A stretch of 64,000 nt of DNA from Calditrichales bacterium (GCA_965267575.1 OZ254086.1:4640001-4704000), one strand, 5' to 3'. Shown: positions 31,324 through 40,995, numbered from the stretch's first letter. Numbers and translations: made by a program. Notes: generated by a model not told the origin, from the letters alone.

Positions 31324-31420
31324 GTCTAACGGCTGAGGTTAAGGTGATTTGCCACTGAATAAACTCCCAAACTGAAATCATGCTCCGAGTGGCAAATTCA
31401 CCTTGAACCTTTGGTTAGCA
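31324..31420 (-). mobile_element. Integron attC recombination site
   Basis: Minus strand TGCTAAC-caaag-GTTCAAG-gtgaAtttgccact...agtggcaaatcac-CTTAAC-ctcagcc-GTTAGAC; long imperfect palindrome with the two expected unpaired bases in the R''-L'' arm. Confidence 0.85.
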
Positions 31421-31635
31421 ACACCCCTAATTTAGGTAAATATTACAGAGAAACCCAAATCACGACCTTTCTAAGTATTTTTTAGAATGTGCAATCCACC
31501 AGCCAACGGAGTCTTGCCCGGTACTTCGAATTCTGGAAAATAATTGAAACATAGAACCAGACTCAGCGTGTGACTTAAAATGTTGCGATTTTTGTTTTGA
31601 AAACCTTATATTTACAGCTAATAAAAATTAAGATA

Positions 31636-32052
31636 ATGAACAAAAAAATTTCAAAAACACTGATACATCTTTTATTTCTGCAAACACTATTTTATCAGGT
31701 GGATCTGCCGGAACTCGTGCTCTGCTTTGGTGAAGAAGGACATGTGGCCATTGAAAAAGCCAGCGATAATGCTTGTGAACACGACAGAGATACTGCGCTA
31801 CAAAATATTGTTAAGATTAAAACGATCAAACCGCTGCATGATGATTGCACGGATATAACACTGGACTGGCATTTCAGTAATGCTGATATCGTAAAAAAGA
31901 CAAACAATAATATAAAGAATATCTCTTCCGGATTTTTATCTCAGGCATTACAGCATACTTCAGAATATCCTGTAAAAAACACTTCTCAACAAAGCGCAAA
32001 TACCAATAAACATACAATTACCGCTCTTCAGTCCACTGTTCTTCTTATTTGA
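31636..32052 (+). CDS. CzcI-like small exported protein leading the second efflux operon
   Basis: LVLCFGEEGHVAIE, CEH, HDDCTDI, C-terminal LQSTVLLI; probable start ATG 31636. Confidence 0.65.
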   Translation: MNKKISKTLIHLLFLQTLFYQVDLPELVLCFGEEGHVAIEKASDNACEHDRDTALQNIVKIKTIKPLHDDCTDITLDWHFSNADIVKKTNNNIKNISSGFLSQALQHTSEYPVKNTSQQSANTNKHTITALQSTVLLI

Positions 32053-32165
32053 TCTCACTTCATAGAAAACATATAAACTGTTTTCTTTAACTCCATCTTT
32101 AATATTCAATTTTCGCACCGCCATGATCGGTTTGCGAAGATATAATCTCTATATCCAAAATTATT

Positions 32166-33515
32166 ATGGAGCGCGTAATGAAATTTATGCTTATTACAAG
32201 TATTGGTTTATTAATACTTTTTACAAGCTGTACATCAACAAGAAAAACAGCTGCTTATCCGGAAAGCAGACCCTTATTAAAAGCAATACAACTCGACGAA
32301 TCGAAGATTGTTGACTCGGCAAAAAAAATAGAAGACCCCGAAGGGACAATAACATTAGATAAGGCTCTAAAACTTGCCTTGATGCAAAACCCGGAGTTAG
32401 CGGATTATTCATTGGAAATCCGGTCCCGTGAGGCTGATGCCCTGCAGCAGTCCCTTTTGCCAAATCCTGAAATTGCTATTGAGACAGAAAATTTTGCCGG
32501 CAGTGGTGCTTACGACGGATTAGACGCAACAGAAACAACCGTGTCGCTTGGCCAGCTTATTGAACTTGCCGGCAAGCGCGAAAAACGTACGATGGTTGCC
32601 GCTTTTGAAAGCGACCTTGCTGTCTGGGATTTTGAAGCACTAAAACTGGATATTTATGCATCCGTCGTTAAAAGATACACGCAGGTTTTAGCGTTGCAGG
32701 AAAAAGCAAAATTAGACTCAGAACTTCTGGATATTTCAACTCAACTTAGCGAAACGGTAACCAGGCGTGTACAGGCAGGAGGACTCTCTCCGGCAGAAAC
32801 GGCCCGGGCCCAGGTTATTGTTAGTAATGCGGAAATTTCCCTTCAAAACACTAAACGACAGTTAACAGCCGCACGCAAACAACTGGCTTCAACATGGAAT
32901 GGGAAAGCGCTTTTTACAGAAGCACAAGGTACGCTTGAAACTAAACTGATTGTGCCGCCAAAAGAGAAGTTAATTGAGAAAATGGCTCAATCACCGGAGC
33001 TCGCCCGCTGGACAACGGAAATGCATAAACGACGAAGCTTACTGGATTTAACAAAAGCCCGGGCGGTTCCCGATCCTGAAATCAGCATTGCCTATCGGCG
33101 CTTAAATGAAAGCAAAGACAATACATTTATGGCAGGCATTTCAATTCCTTTACCTGTTTTTGATCGCAACCAGGGAAACATTCAACAAGCACAAATCAGG
33201 ATTAATCAGGGTGAATGGGAAAAGGAAACAGTGCGAAATGATTTAAACACAAAAATTGAAAGCCTTTTACCAATTGCAGAAGCTCTGGCAACTGAAATAA
33301 CTACTTTGAAACAAAAGAGCATTCCGCTGGCAGAAACTGCATTCTCAATTATCAGCGATGGCTACCAACGCGGCAAGTTTCAGTTAATCGATGTGTTGGA
33401 TGCACAACGGACCCTTTTCGAAACACGACGCAGATTAGTAGAATCGATGGCGGATTACAAAGTGATAATAACAGAACTTGAACGTTTGATCGGGCAGGAT
33501 CTACAAAGTTTATAA
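32166..33515 (+). CDS. czcC: CzcC/TolC-family outer membrane efflux lipoprotein
   Basis: Lipobox FTSC, LLPNPEI, QLIELAGKREKR, PLPVFDRNQGNI, YQRGKFQLIDVLDAQR. Confidence 0.92.
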   Translation: MERVMKFMLITSIGLLILFTSCTSTRKTAAYPESRPLLKAIQLDESKIVDSAKKIEDPEGTITLDKALKLALMQNPELADYSLEIRSREADALQQSLLPNPEIAIETENFAGSGAYDGLDATETTVSLGQLIELAGKREKRTMVAAFESDLAVWDFEALKLDIYASVVKRYTQVLALQEKAKLDSELLDISTQLSETVTRRVQAGGLSPAETARAQVIVSNAEISLQNTKRQLTAARKQLASTWNGKALFTEAQGTLETKLIVPPKEKLIEKMAQSPELARWTTEMHKRRSLLDLTKARAVPDPEISIAYRRLNESKDNTFMAGISIPLPVFDRNQGNIQQAQIRINQGEWEKETVRNDLNTKIESLLPIAEALATEITTLKQKSIPLAETAFSIISDGYQRGKFQLIDVLDAQRTLFETRRRLVESMADYKVIITELERLIGQDLQSL

Positions 33516-33531
33516 TATTAAAGGATGAACG

Positions 33532-34473
33532 ATGAAAATTACACTCATAAAGGCAACCGCTTTGCTCATTATAGCAACAGTACTTTTAAGCAGTTGCGGA
33601 CAAGATCAAAAGAAAGAAACAGCTGATCATGCCGAAGAAAATGAATACATGGATAAGTTATACTTAAATGACAGTGTGATAAATGAATTCGGAATTGAAT
33701 TAACGACAGCTGGCCCCGGGAAGTTAGCAATTCATGTGGATCTTCCGGGCGAGATTATAATTCCACCGGATAACCTGGCTCATATTCATCCCCGCTTTGC
33801 CGGAATTGTAAAAGAGGTGCGCAAACACATTGGTGACCAGGTTAAAAAAGGAGATGTCCTTGCTGTAATTGAAAGCAATGAAAGTCTGGCAGAGTATGAG
33901 ATAAAGTCGTTGATCGACGGGACCATAGTTGAAAAACATTTTTCACTTGGTGAAGTGGTGGAAGGAAAAGATCATGGATTTGTTGTAGCCGATTTAAGCC
34001 AGGTTTGGGCCATGCTCACGCTTTACCAAAAAGATCTTCCTTTTGTTAAAACAGGGCAGGAAGTAGCAGTTTCTGCAGGACCGGAAATGGCACAAGGTAC
34101 AGGGAAGATTGCGTATATCTCACCCATAATTGATGAAAAGACCCGTACCGCCGAAGCCAGGGTTGTTTTGAATAATAGAAAAGGATTTTGGAAACCCGGC
34201 CTTTTTATTACGGGTTCGATTATCACTTCTGAAAGCATGCTGGATGTTGTTGTTCCAAAAACAGCTATAGAAACAATCGATGGGCAAAAAGTTGTTTTTG
34301 TGAAAAATGAAGACGGTTTCGAAATGCGGGAAATTACTATTGGAAAAACCAATGATGTAAATTTTGAAGTTATTGAAGGCCTAAAACCCGGTGACATCTT
34401 TGTAAGCAAAAATGGCTTCATTTTAAAAGCTGAGTTGCAAAAAGATGAGATGGGAGATGGACACGGTCATTAA
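33532..34473 (+). CDS. czcB: CzcB-like RND periplasmic adaptor (short hairpin form)
   Basis: Lipobox LSSC, VADLSQVW, IDEKTRTA, WKPGLF, C-terminal GHGH. Confidence 0.9.
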   Translation: MKITLIKATALLIIATVLLSSCGQDQKKETADHAEENEYMDKLYLNDSVINEFGIELTTAGPGKLAIHVDLPGEIIIPPDNLAHIHPRFAGIVKEVRKHIGDQVKKGDVLAVIESNESLAEYEIKSLIDGTIVEKHFSLGEVVEGKDHGFVVADLSQVWAMLTLYQKDLPFVKTGQEVAVSAGPEMAQGTGKIAYISPIIDEKTRTAEARVVLNNRKGFWKPGLFITGSIITSESMLDVVVPKTAIETIDGQKVVFVKNEDGFEMREITIGKTNDVNFEVIEGLKPGDIFVSKNGFILKAELQKDEMGDGHGH

Positions 34474-34515
34474 ACAAACATTTTTAAAAAATCCAGCTTG
34501 GATCTAAATCAAATA

Positions 34516-34560
34516 GATCCTGTCCGCAGGACTCCTTTGGAGAAACAAGTTCAGGATGAC
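34516..34560. repeat. REP-like palindrome GATCCTGAAACAAGTTCAGGATGAC interrupted by a 20-bp insert
   Basis: GATCCTG[TCCGCAGGACTCCTTTGGAG]AAACAAGTTCAGGATGAC. Confidence 0.55.
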
Positions 34561-34589
34561 TTTACATTTAAAAAAGGTATACACTAAAA

Positions 34590-37500
34590 ATGAAAAGAAT
34601 AATTGAATTTTCACTTGGCAACCGATTGCTGATGCTGGTGTTAGCCGTGCTTGTTATGGCGGCGGGCTATTTTAGTTACAGGCAACTGCCAATCGACGCC
34701 TTTCCCGATGTATCACCATCGCTGGTTCAGGTATTTACGGAAACGGAAGGCCTGGCGCCGGAAGAAATTGAAAAGTATGTTACCTTTCCCGTGGAAACGG
34801 CAATGAATGGATTACCCGATCTGGAAAAAATCCGATCGGTATCAAACTTCGGCCTGAGTGTTGTAAACATCTATTTTGAAGACGGCACGGATATTTATTT
34901 TGCCAGGCAATTGGTAAATGAACGCTTACAGGAAGCCCGCGAGCAAATTCCCGATGGTTTTGGAGAACCGGCGATGGGGCCCATTTCCACGGGAATGGGT
35001 TTGATATTGTTTTATTATCTTGAAGATACGACCGGGCAGTATTCGTTAACAGAATTGAGAACAATACAGGATTGGTTGATTAAATACCAGTTGCAAACTG
35101 TTTCGGGGGTCACGGAAGTTTTAGGTATTGGTGGCTGGGAAAAACAATTTCAGGTTTTAATAAATCCCAACGCTCTGTTGCAGTATGGTGTTACGGTTCA
35201 TCAAATTGTTAAAAAGATCAGTTCAAACAATCTCAATGTCGGCGCTCAGTTTATCGAAAAAAACGCGGAAGAGTTTATTGTCCGTTCGGTTGGGTTGGTA
35301 ACGGATATACATGACATTGAGAATATCGTAATAAAAGCGGATGACGGCAGACCGGTATTTCTAAAACAGATTGCCGATGTTCAGATCGGCGGAGCCGTGC
35401 GCCGTGGTGTGCAGACCAGAGACGGGATCGAAGAAGTTATCTCCGGAATGGTAGTTAAGCTTTATGGCAGCAACTCTTCCACGGTAATTGGTAAAGTGGA
35501 AGATAAAATGGCAGAGATCAATAAAGCTCTGCCCGAAGGCATCCGCATAGTCCCTTATTACCAGCAAAAAACCTTGGTGGAATCAGCAGTAAGAACAGTT
35601 ACCGACGCCCTGCTGCAAGGGATAATTCTTGTCGCCCTGGTATTGATTATTTTTATGGGCTCATTCCGTCCAAGTTTGGTTGTTGCGCTTTCCATCCCAT
35701 TTTCTATTCTGTTTGCCATAATTGGTATGCGTTATTTTGGAATATCTGTAAACCTGATGTCTTTTGGCGGGCTGGCTATCGCCATTGGTATGATGGTGGA
35801 TGGGACCATTGTGATGGTTGAAAATATCGATCGCATGTTACGAACAGCTAACGGCAAAGAGTCACGAATTCATATTGTTGCACGGGCTTGTGCAGAGGTT
35901 GCACGACCGATTTTATTTGCCATTACGATCATCATCGTTGTTTTTCTGCCCCTTTTTACCCTGCAGGGTGTAGAAGGTAAAACGTTCCGGCCATTGGCTG
36001 AAACAGTGTCGCTGGCCATGCTGGGCTCGCTTATTTTTGCCATAGCCCTGGCGCCGCTTTTTGCCTATTTATTGATGCGTCGTCCAAAATCCAAAACCGC
36101 TAAAAATGAAGAGATCAAAGAAGTATTTTTGGTGCGTCTTTTGAAACAACTGTACGAACCGTTATTACGCTTTTTTATAAAACGGCGCTCTTTCGCCATA
36201 GGCATGGCGGTTATTTTGGTACTTATTGGCGGATTTATTTATCCGCGCCTGGGTTCTGAGTTTACGCCAACTCTTCAGGAAGGTACTATCATTTTACGGT
36301 TAACCATGGCGCCGTCCATCTCGTTAACCGAAAGTACACGGCTCACACAAATTGTAGAACGGCGGGTTATGAAGGTGCCTGAAGTAACAAGTGTAGTAAC
36401 CCGAATCGGGCGCGGGGAAGTCGGCGCTCATACTGATCCGATCAATAGCGCAGAAATGTATGTGATTCTAAAAGACAAAGATGAATGGCGCACGGCTGAA
36501 ACACAAGCAGAGCTTGAAGAAGTTATTCGTGAAGAAGTGGGTGAAATTCCCGGCGTTCTATCTAATTTTACACAACCGATTCAAATGACGGTGGATGAGT
36601 TGCTGGAAGGCGTGCGTGCTGAGCTTGCCATAAAACTGTTCGGTGATGATTTAGATGTTTTGAAAAATAAAGCAGACGAAATCGTTAATGTCATTAGCCG
36701 GGTGCCAGGCGCTGCCGATGTTCAGGCAGACCAGATAAGCGGGACACCGCAATTGCTGATAAAAGTAGACCGCCAGGCCATCGCCCGTTACGGCGTTAAT
36801 GTGGAAGACGTCCAGCAAACCATACGCGCAGCTATTGGCGGCGAAACCGCAGGACAACTTTTTGAAGGCGTGCGCCGGTTTGATATTCTGGTGCGTTTTG
36901 ATGAACAATTTCGGTCAACAAATGACGCTATCGGGAAACTGTTGATTGAAACGCCGGATGGCATAAAACTGCCATTAAGCCAACTGGCATCTATCGAAGA
37001 ATTGGTGGGTCCACGGCAGATCACCCGCGAGAACAGCCAGCGTTTTATTGTAATTCAAAGCAATGTCGTTGGCCGTGACATTGGTTCTTTTGTTGCGGAT
37101 GGGCAGAAAGCCATTGAAGAAAACGTGGATTTACCGCCGGGCTATCTTGTAACCTGGGGCGGGCAGTTCCGCTTGCAGCAGGAAGCCAATAAACGGCTTG
37201 CCGTGGTTGTTCCGATTACACTCCTGATTATATTCCTTTTGCTTTATTCCAGCTTTAATTCCATAAAAAACACATTTTTAATTCTGTTAAATATTCCGCT
37301 GGCCCTGGTTGGCGGTGTGGTTGGTTTATGGATTACTGGGCAGAACCTGTCAGTCCCGTCATCAGTGGGTTTTATTGCCCTGTTTGGTATCGCCCTGGAA
37401 AACGGCATGGTGTTGGTAACCTACTTAAATCAGCTTTTAAAAGACGGTATTAAAATCGATGAAGCTTCTGTAAAAGGCGCCTTGTTGCGTTTCCGTCCGG

Positions 37501-37688
37501 TTTTGATGACAGCTATAACAACAGGATTGGGTTTGATACCATTGCTTCTGGCAACCGGAACGGGCAGCGATGTGCAACGACCTTTAGCCACCGTGGTTGT
37601 AGGTGGATTGGTTACATCCACTCTTTTAACATTGCTGGTTATTCCGGCCATATATAAATGGTTTGCTATTGAAAATGAAATTAATTAA
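34590..37688 (+). CDS. czcA: CusA/CzcA-family heavy-metal RND efflux permease
   Basis: LPIDAFPDVSP, GLAIAIGMMVDGTIVMVEN, RFRPVLMTA, GSDVQRPLATVVVGG. Confidence 0.95.
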   Translation: MKRIIEFSLGNRLLMLVLAVLVMAAGYFSYRQLPIDAFPDVSPSLVQVFTETEGLAPEEIEKYVTFPVETAMNGLPDLEKIRSVSNFGLSVVNIYFEDGTDIYFARQLVNERLQEAREQIPDGFGEPAMGPISTGMGLILFYYLEDTTGQYSLTELRTIQDWLIKYQLQTVSGVTEVLGIGGWEKQFQVLINPNALLQYGVTVHQIVKKISSNNLNVGAQFIEKNAEEFIVRSVGLVTDIHDIENIVIKADDGRPVFLKQIADVQIGGAVRRGVQTRDGIEEVISGMVVKLYGSNSSTVIGKVEDKMAEINKALPEGIRIVPYYQQKTLVESAVRTVTDALLQGIILVALVLIIFMGSFRPSLVVALSIPFSILFAIIGMRYFGISVNLMSFGGLAIAIGMMVDGTIVMVENIDRMLRTANGKESRIHIVARACAEVARPILFAITIIIVVFLPLFTLQGVEGKTFRPLAETVSLAMLGSLIFAIALAPLFAYLLMRRPKSKTAKNEEIKEVFLVRLLKQLYEPLLRFFIKRRSFAIGMAVILVLIGGFIYPRLGSEFTPTLQEGTIILRLTMAPSISLTESTRLTQIVERRVMKVPEVTSVVTRIGRGEVGAHTDPINSAEMYVILKDKDEWRTAETQAELEEVIREEVGEIPGVLSNFTQPIQMTVDELLEGVRAELAIKLFGDDLDVLKNKADEIVNVISRVPGAADVQADQISGTPQLLIKVDRQAIARYGVNVEDVQQTIRAAIGGETAGQLFEGVRRFDILVRFDEQFRSTNDAIGKLLIETPDGIKLPLSQLASIEELVGPRQITRENSQRFIVIQSNVVGRDIGSFVADGQKAIEENVDLPPGYLVTWGGQFRLQQEANKRLAVVVPITLLIIFLLLYSSFNSIKNTFLILLNIPLALVGGVVGLWITGQNLSVPSSVGFIALFGIALENGMVLVTYLNQLLKDGIKIDEASVKGALLRFRPVLMTAITTGLGLIPLLLATGTGSDVQRPLATVVVGGLVTSTLLTLLVIPAIYKWFAIENEIN

Positions 37689-37723
37689 GTAAAATTAGAA
37701 ACATTTAATCGAAAGGACAAAGA

Positions 37724-39253
37724 ATGAAGTACAATTATTTTATAATTAGTCTGGTGTTTGCATTTTTTGCGTTTACACAAAATGCACAAAGCCAGATGAT
37801 GGGCGGCAACGGACATTGGAATCCGGATTCATTAGTCGAAGTTACTGTTTCCGGAGAGGCAATTGTGGATAACAGTATGATGTACCCCATGTATTATCTG
37901 GATACTAATGATGATAACCAAGCCGACTATCATCTCAATTTTGGGCCGCACTGGTATACACCTGATAGCAGCGATGCGACAAGACCGGAAGACGGGCAAC
38001 AAATTACGATCAAGGGTGGCAGCCCTATTTCGCACAATGACAGCATTAAAGTCATTGTAGTGTATGAAATAGATGGAATGTTCTGGCGCGCTCCCGTGGC
38101 TCCGACATGGAACTACATGGGCGGGCATCATAGCCAGGGGCATCATGGGGGAAATGGCTACGCCTTTGGCTGGATGCATGATTCTGTAAAAACGGTTGAT
38201 GTGAGTGGCTCAGTTCTTACGGATACCACGATGTATTTTACTCAATATTATCTGGATACCAACCAGGATACTTTGCCCGATTATTTTTTGAATTTTGGCC
38301 CGCCCTGGTATCAACCGGCAAGCGGCTCGGCCCGCCCGTCAGATGGTGAAATGGTTTCAATTACAGGCGGGTTAATGGAAAACCACGATCTGTCCATGTT
38401 GATTGTCTATCAAATCAATGATCAGATTTGGCGGGATTCAACGTCTTTTGGCGGTCATTTTGGCGGCGGCTGGATGCATCGTGATATGGATTCCAGCCGG
38501 TATTTTCATTCCCCGTTTGATTCACTGGATGGTATGCATGTTAATCCCGGGTGGCATGGCGGGATGCATCATGGGGAAATGATGGCCGATAGTCTTTTTT
38601 GCCAGATTCTGGAAGTTTTCCCGCAGAATATACCAAATCGTGGGGAACAGCATATTTTAGCCGGCTATGAAGTTGCCATGTTTAATCCCGATGGCAGCAA
38701 CAATATGTGGCAGGATGGAATGCATGGCAGGCATATGAACTTCAATAACAATATCGACTTCCGTCTCCATTACAATGATATCCAGTTACAGGGCGAGCAT
38801 ATTGCAGAAAGCAGCATTGCTGTAAAATATTGGGACGATCAAAGTAATAACTGGATTACAGTAAATAATGCATCAATTGATCAGGCTGCTAATTCTGTTT
38901 CATTCTCAAGTGATGAAGTCGGTAATTTTGTTATCTTGACCGGAATACAATCCACAACTACAATCGAAGACAAAAAGGATTTACTTATTAAAGGATTTGC
39001 CCTGAAGCAGAATTACCCCAATCCTTTTAATCCTGAAACAAATATCGAGTTTGAATTGACTGAAAGTGGTCTGGTAAACCTTAGCATCTATAATGTTCTG
39101 GGGCAAAAAATAGTAATGCTTATTGATAAGTCAATGAACAGCGGAGCGCATGTGATTAAGTTTCAGGCCGATAATTTCCCTTCTGGAATTTATTACTATG
39201 CTCTCGAAAGCAACGGCCATAAAATCGTTCGCAAAATGACATTGCTGAAATAA
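37724..39253 (+). CDS. Secreted His/Met-rich protein with duplicated N-terminal domain and C-terminal T9SS-type sorting domain
   Basis: Two YYLDTNxD...DYxLNFGPxWY repeats; GGHHSQGHHGG, WHGGMHHGEMM; QNYPNPFNPETNI. Confidence 0.85.
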   Translation: MKYNYFIISLVFAFFAFTQNAQSQMMGGNGHWNPDSLVEVTVSGEAIVDNSMMYPMYYLDTNDDNQADYHLNFGPHWYTPDSSDATRPEDGQQITIKGGSPISHNDSIKVIVVYEIDGMFWRAPVAPTWNYMGGHHSQGHHGGNGYAFGWMHDSVKTVDVSGSVLTDTTMYFTQYYLDTNQDTLPDYFLNFGPPWYQPASGSARPSDGEMVSITGGLMENHDLSMLIVYQINDQIWRDSTSFGGHFGGGWMHRDMDSSRYFHSPFDSLDGMHVNPGWHGGMHHGEMMADSLFCQILEVFPQNIPNRGEQHILAGYEVAMFNPDGSNNMWQDGMHGRHMNFNNNIDFRLHYNDIQLQGEHIAESSIAVKYWDDQSNNWITVNNASIDQAANSVSFSSDEVGNFVILTGIQSTTTIEDKKDLLIKGFALKQNYPNPFNPETNIEFELTESGLVNLSIYNVLGQKIVMLIDKSMNSGAHVIKFQADNFPSGIYYYALESNGHKIVRKMTLLK

Positions 39254-39270
39254 ATTCAAATGATTCCATA

Positions 39271-39304
39271 AATCCCCGGTATTGAATTATATCGGGGTTT
39301 TTTT
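39271..39304 (+). terminator. Intrinsic terminator
   Basis: CCCCGGTAT...ATATCGGGG followed by T-run. Confidence 0.7.
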
Positions 39305-39337
39305 AACTTTAGCGTCGTTTTATGAAGGAAATATAAT

Positions 39338-40144
39338 TTGAAGATTAGCAAGTCAAAATTCCTGATCAAAAAAATGGATTGTCCATCTGAAGAAAATATT
39401 ATCCGCGTGAAGTTGGATGATATTTCTTCCATAGAAAAATTGGATTTTGACATACCAGCCAGGACTTTGGAAATATACCACGTTGGCAACCTTGATCTTA
39501 TTAGAGCGCGCATTGACAGTCTGAATTTCGATTCATCTTTTGTAAAAACCGAAACAACAGATTTTAATTATGAAACTGATGAGTCCATCAAACAAAAGAA
39601 ACTGCTTTGGGCGGTGCTGGCCATAAATTTTGGATTTTTTATTATAGAAATGACAACCGGCTGGATATCCGGCTCAATGGGTTTAGTCGCCGACAGTCTG
39701 GACATGCTGGCGGATGCACTTGTATACAGTCTTAGTCTGATTGCTGTAGGTGGGACAATTGCAAGGAAGAAAAGCATCGCCAAAACGAGCGGCTACTTCC
39801 AAATGTTTTTGGCATTTCTTGGGTTTTTTGAAGTTATTCGCCGTTTTATCGGCTTTGACACACCGCCTGATTTTGAGACGATGATTATCGTTTCGGTTTT
39901 TGCATTAATTGCCAATGGGTTTTGTTTGTATCTGCTGCAAAAATCAAAAAGCGAAGAAGCCCATATGAAAGCCAGTATGATTTTTACATCGAATGATGTA
40001 ATTATTAATAGCGGAGTCATCTTGGCCGGTATTTTAGTAAATGTGCTAAATTCGAATAAGCCGGATTTGATTATTGGAGCAGTTGTTTTTCTAATTGTGA
40101 TACGCGGGGCTTTTAAGATATTAGGTTTGTCTAAACAAAACTAA
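39338..40144 (+). CDS. HMA-domain plus cation diffusion facilitator transporter
   Basis: MDCPSEE HMA-like N-terminus; SMGLVADSLDMLADA, HMKASMIFTSND. Confidence 0.88.
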   Translation: MKISKSKFLIKKMDCPSEENIIRVKLDDISSIEKLDFDIPARTLEIYHVGNLDLIRARIDSLNFDSSFVKTETTDFNYETDESIKQKKLLWAVLAINFGFFIIEMTTGWISGSMGLVADSLDMLADALVYSLSLIAVGGTIARKKSIAKTSGYFQMFLAFLGFFEVIRRFIGFDTPPDFETMIIVSVFALIANGFCLYLLQKSKSEEAHMKASMIFTSNDVIINSGVILAGILVNVLNSNKPDLIIGAVVFLIVIRGAFKILGLSKQN

Positions 40145-40169
40145 GTTGCTAACAAGTATTAGACGTACT
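40145..40169 (-). mobile_element. attI/attG-like crossover site
   Basis: Minus strand AGTA-CGTCTAA-tactt-GTTAGCAAC; GTTAGCAAC is the exact complement of the GTTGCTAAC that opens the attC at 31422-31414. Confidence 0.55.
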
Positions 40170-40205
40170 AAAATCCATGTTACAAAAAGACTAATTAGTA
40201 TTTTT

Positions 40206-40273
40206 TATATGTGGAAAAAATTCCATATAAAACGCTTATAGCGTGGTATAGGTGGAAAATTTTCCATATAAAA
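40206..40273. repeat. Pair of 27-bp quasi-palindromic direct repeats, 41-bp period
   Basis: TATATGTGGAAAAAATTCCATATAAAA and TATAGGTGGAAAATTTTCCATATAAAA (24/27 identical). Confidence 0.8.
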
Positions 40274-40366
40274 ACACGGTTTTAGTCACCCTATTTTATT
40301 TTGGAATAATATAACCACAAAAAATAGCGAAAACAGAATTTTTTCCACCGTTTAACAGCAAGCCGC

Positions 40367-40756
40367 TCAGGCATCATCAACCGCCGTAACCACCAGGTAC
40401 AGGCCCTGCATCTCTTCAACAATAACGCTTTGGCCTTTCTCGATTTTTTCTTCTGTGTGGGCCAGGGCCTTCCAGTATTCACCATCCACCAATACGCGGC
40501 CATGGCCATCGCGGAAGGTCTGTACCACCCTGCCCGTTTTGCCCACCAGCTTGTCGCGTTCATCGCGGATGTAGGCCTTCCAGGTAAATGGGAAGAGGAC
40601 AATATCCTTCACCAGCCACAGGCCCCAAATCGTAAAGGCGATCCACAACGGGTAGGCCACAAACTGGTAAACAAGCATAAGTACCGCGCTGATGAGCAAC
40701 AGGCCCGGCACCTGATAGCGGATATAGCGCCAAACGGTTTTGGAATCAGGATGCAT
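40367..40756 (-). CDS. NfeD-family membrane protein (C-terminal OB fold)
   Basis: Two TM helices then LVGKTGRV...GRVLVDGEYWKA...IEKGQSVIV. Confidence 0.85.
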   Translation of the reverse strand: MHPDSKTVWRYIRYQVPGLLLISAVLMLVYQFVAYPLWIAFTIWGLWLVKDIVLFPFTWKAYIRDERDKLVGKTGRVVQTFRDGHGRVLVDGEYWKALAHTEEKIEKGQSVIVEEMQGLYLVVTAVDDA

Positions 40757-40844
40757 TTGATGTTTCTTATTTTAATAAAAAAAGCCGGGACAAAGCCCGG
40801 CAGAAAGATAGGGGTGTTGATAGGTTTTTTGCAAAAGCGAGTTC

Positions 40845-40995
40845 GAACCCATCCCTAAATCCCTTCCCTAAACCTTAAGGAAGGGACTTTAAATTTTGTC
40901 ATCATTTGCTGATAAGTAATTTAGTCGTATTAATCCTTACAGCCAGTTTTTGCTCCCCTTCCCTTGCTTCAAGGGAAGGGGCCGGGGGATGGGTT
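40845..40995. repeat. Inverted pair of REP-like palindromes
   Basis: AACCCATCCCTAAATCCCTTCCC...GGAAGGGA facing CCCCTTCCCTTG..CAAGGGAAGGGGCCGGGGGATGGGTT. Confidence 0.7.

Noticed and set aside
31501..31525. Third attI-like string (minus AGTACCGGGCAAGACTCCGTTGGCT) just inside the attC
   Set aside because: GTTGGCT is not complementary to the attC R'' TGCTAAC, whereas the 40145 site matches 9/9; kept only as a possible degenerate site
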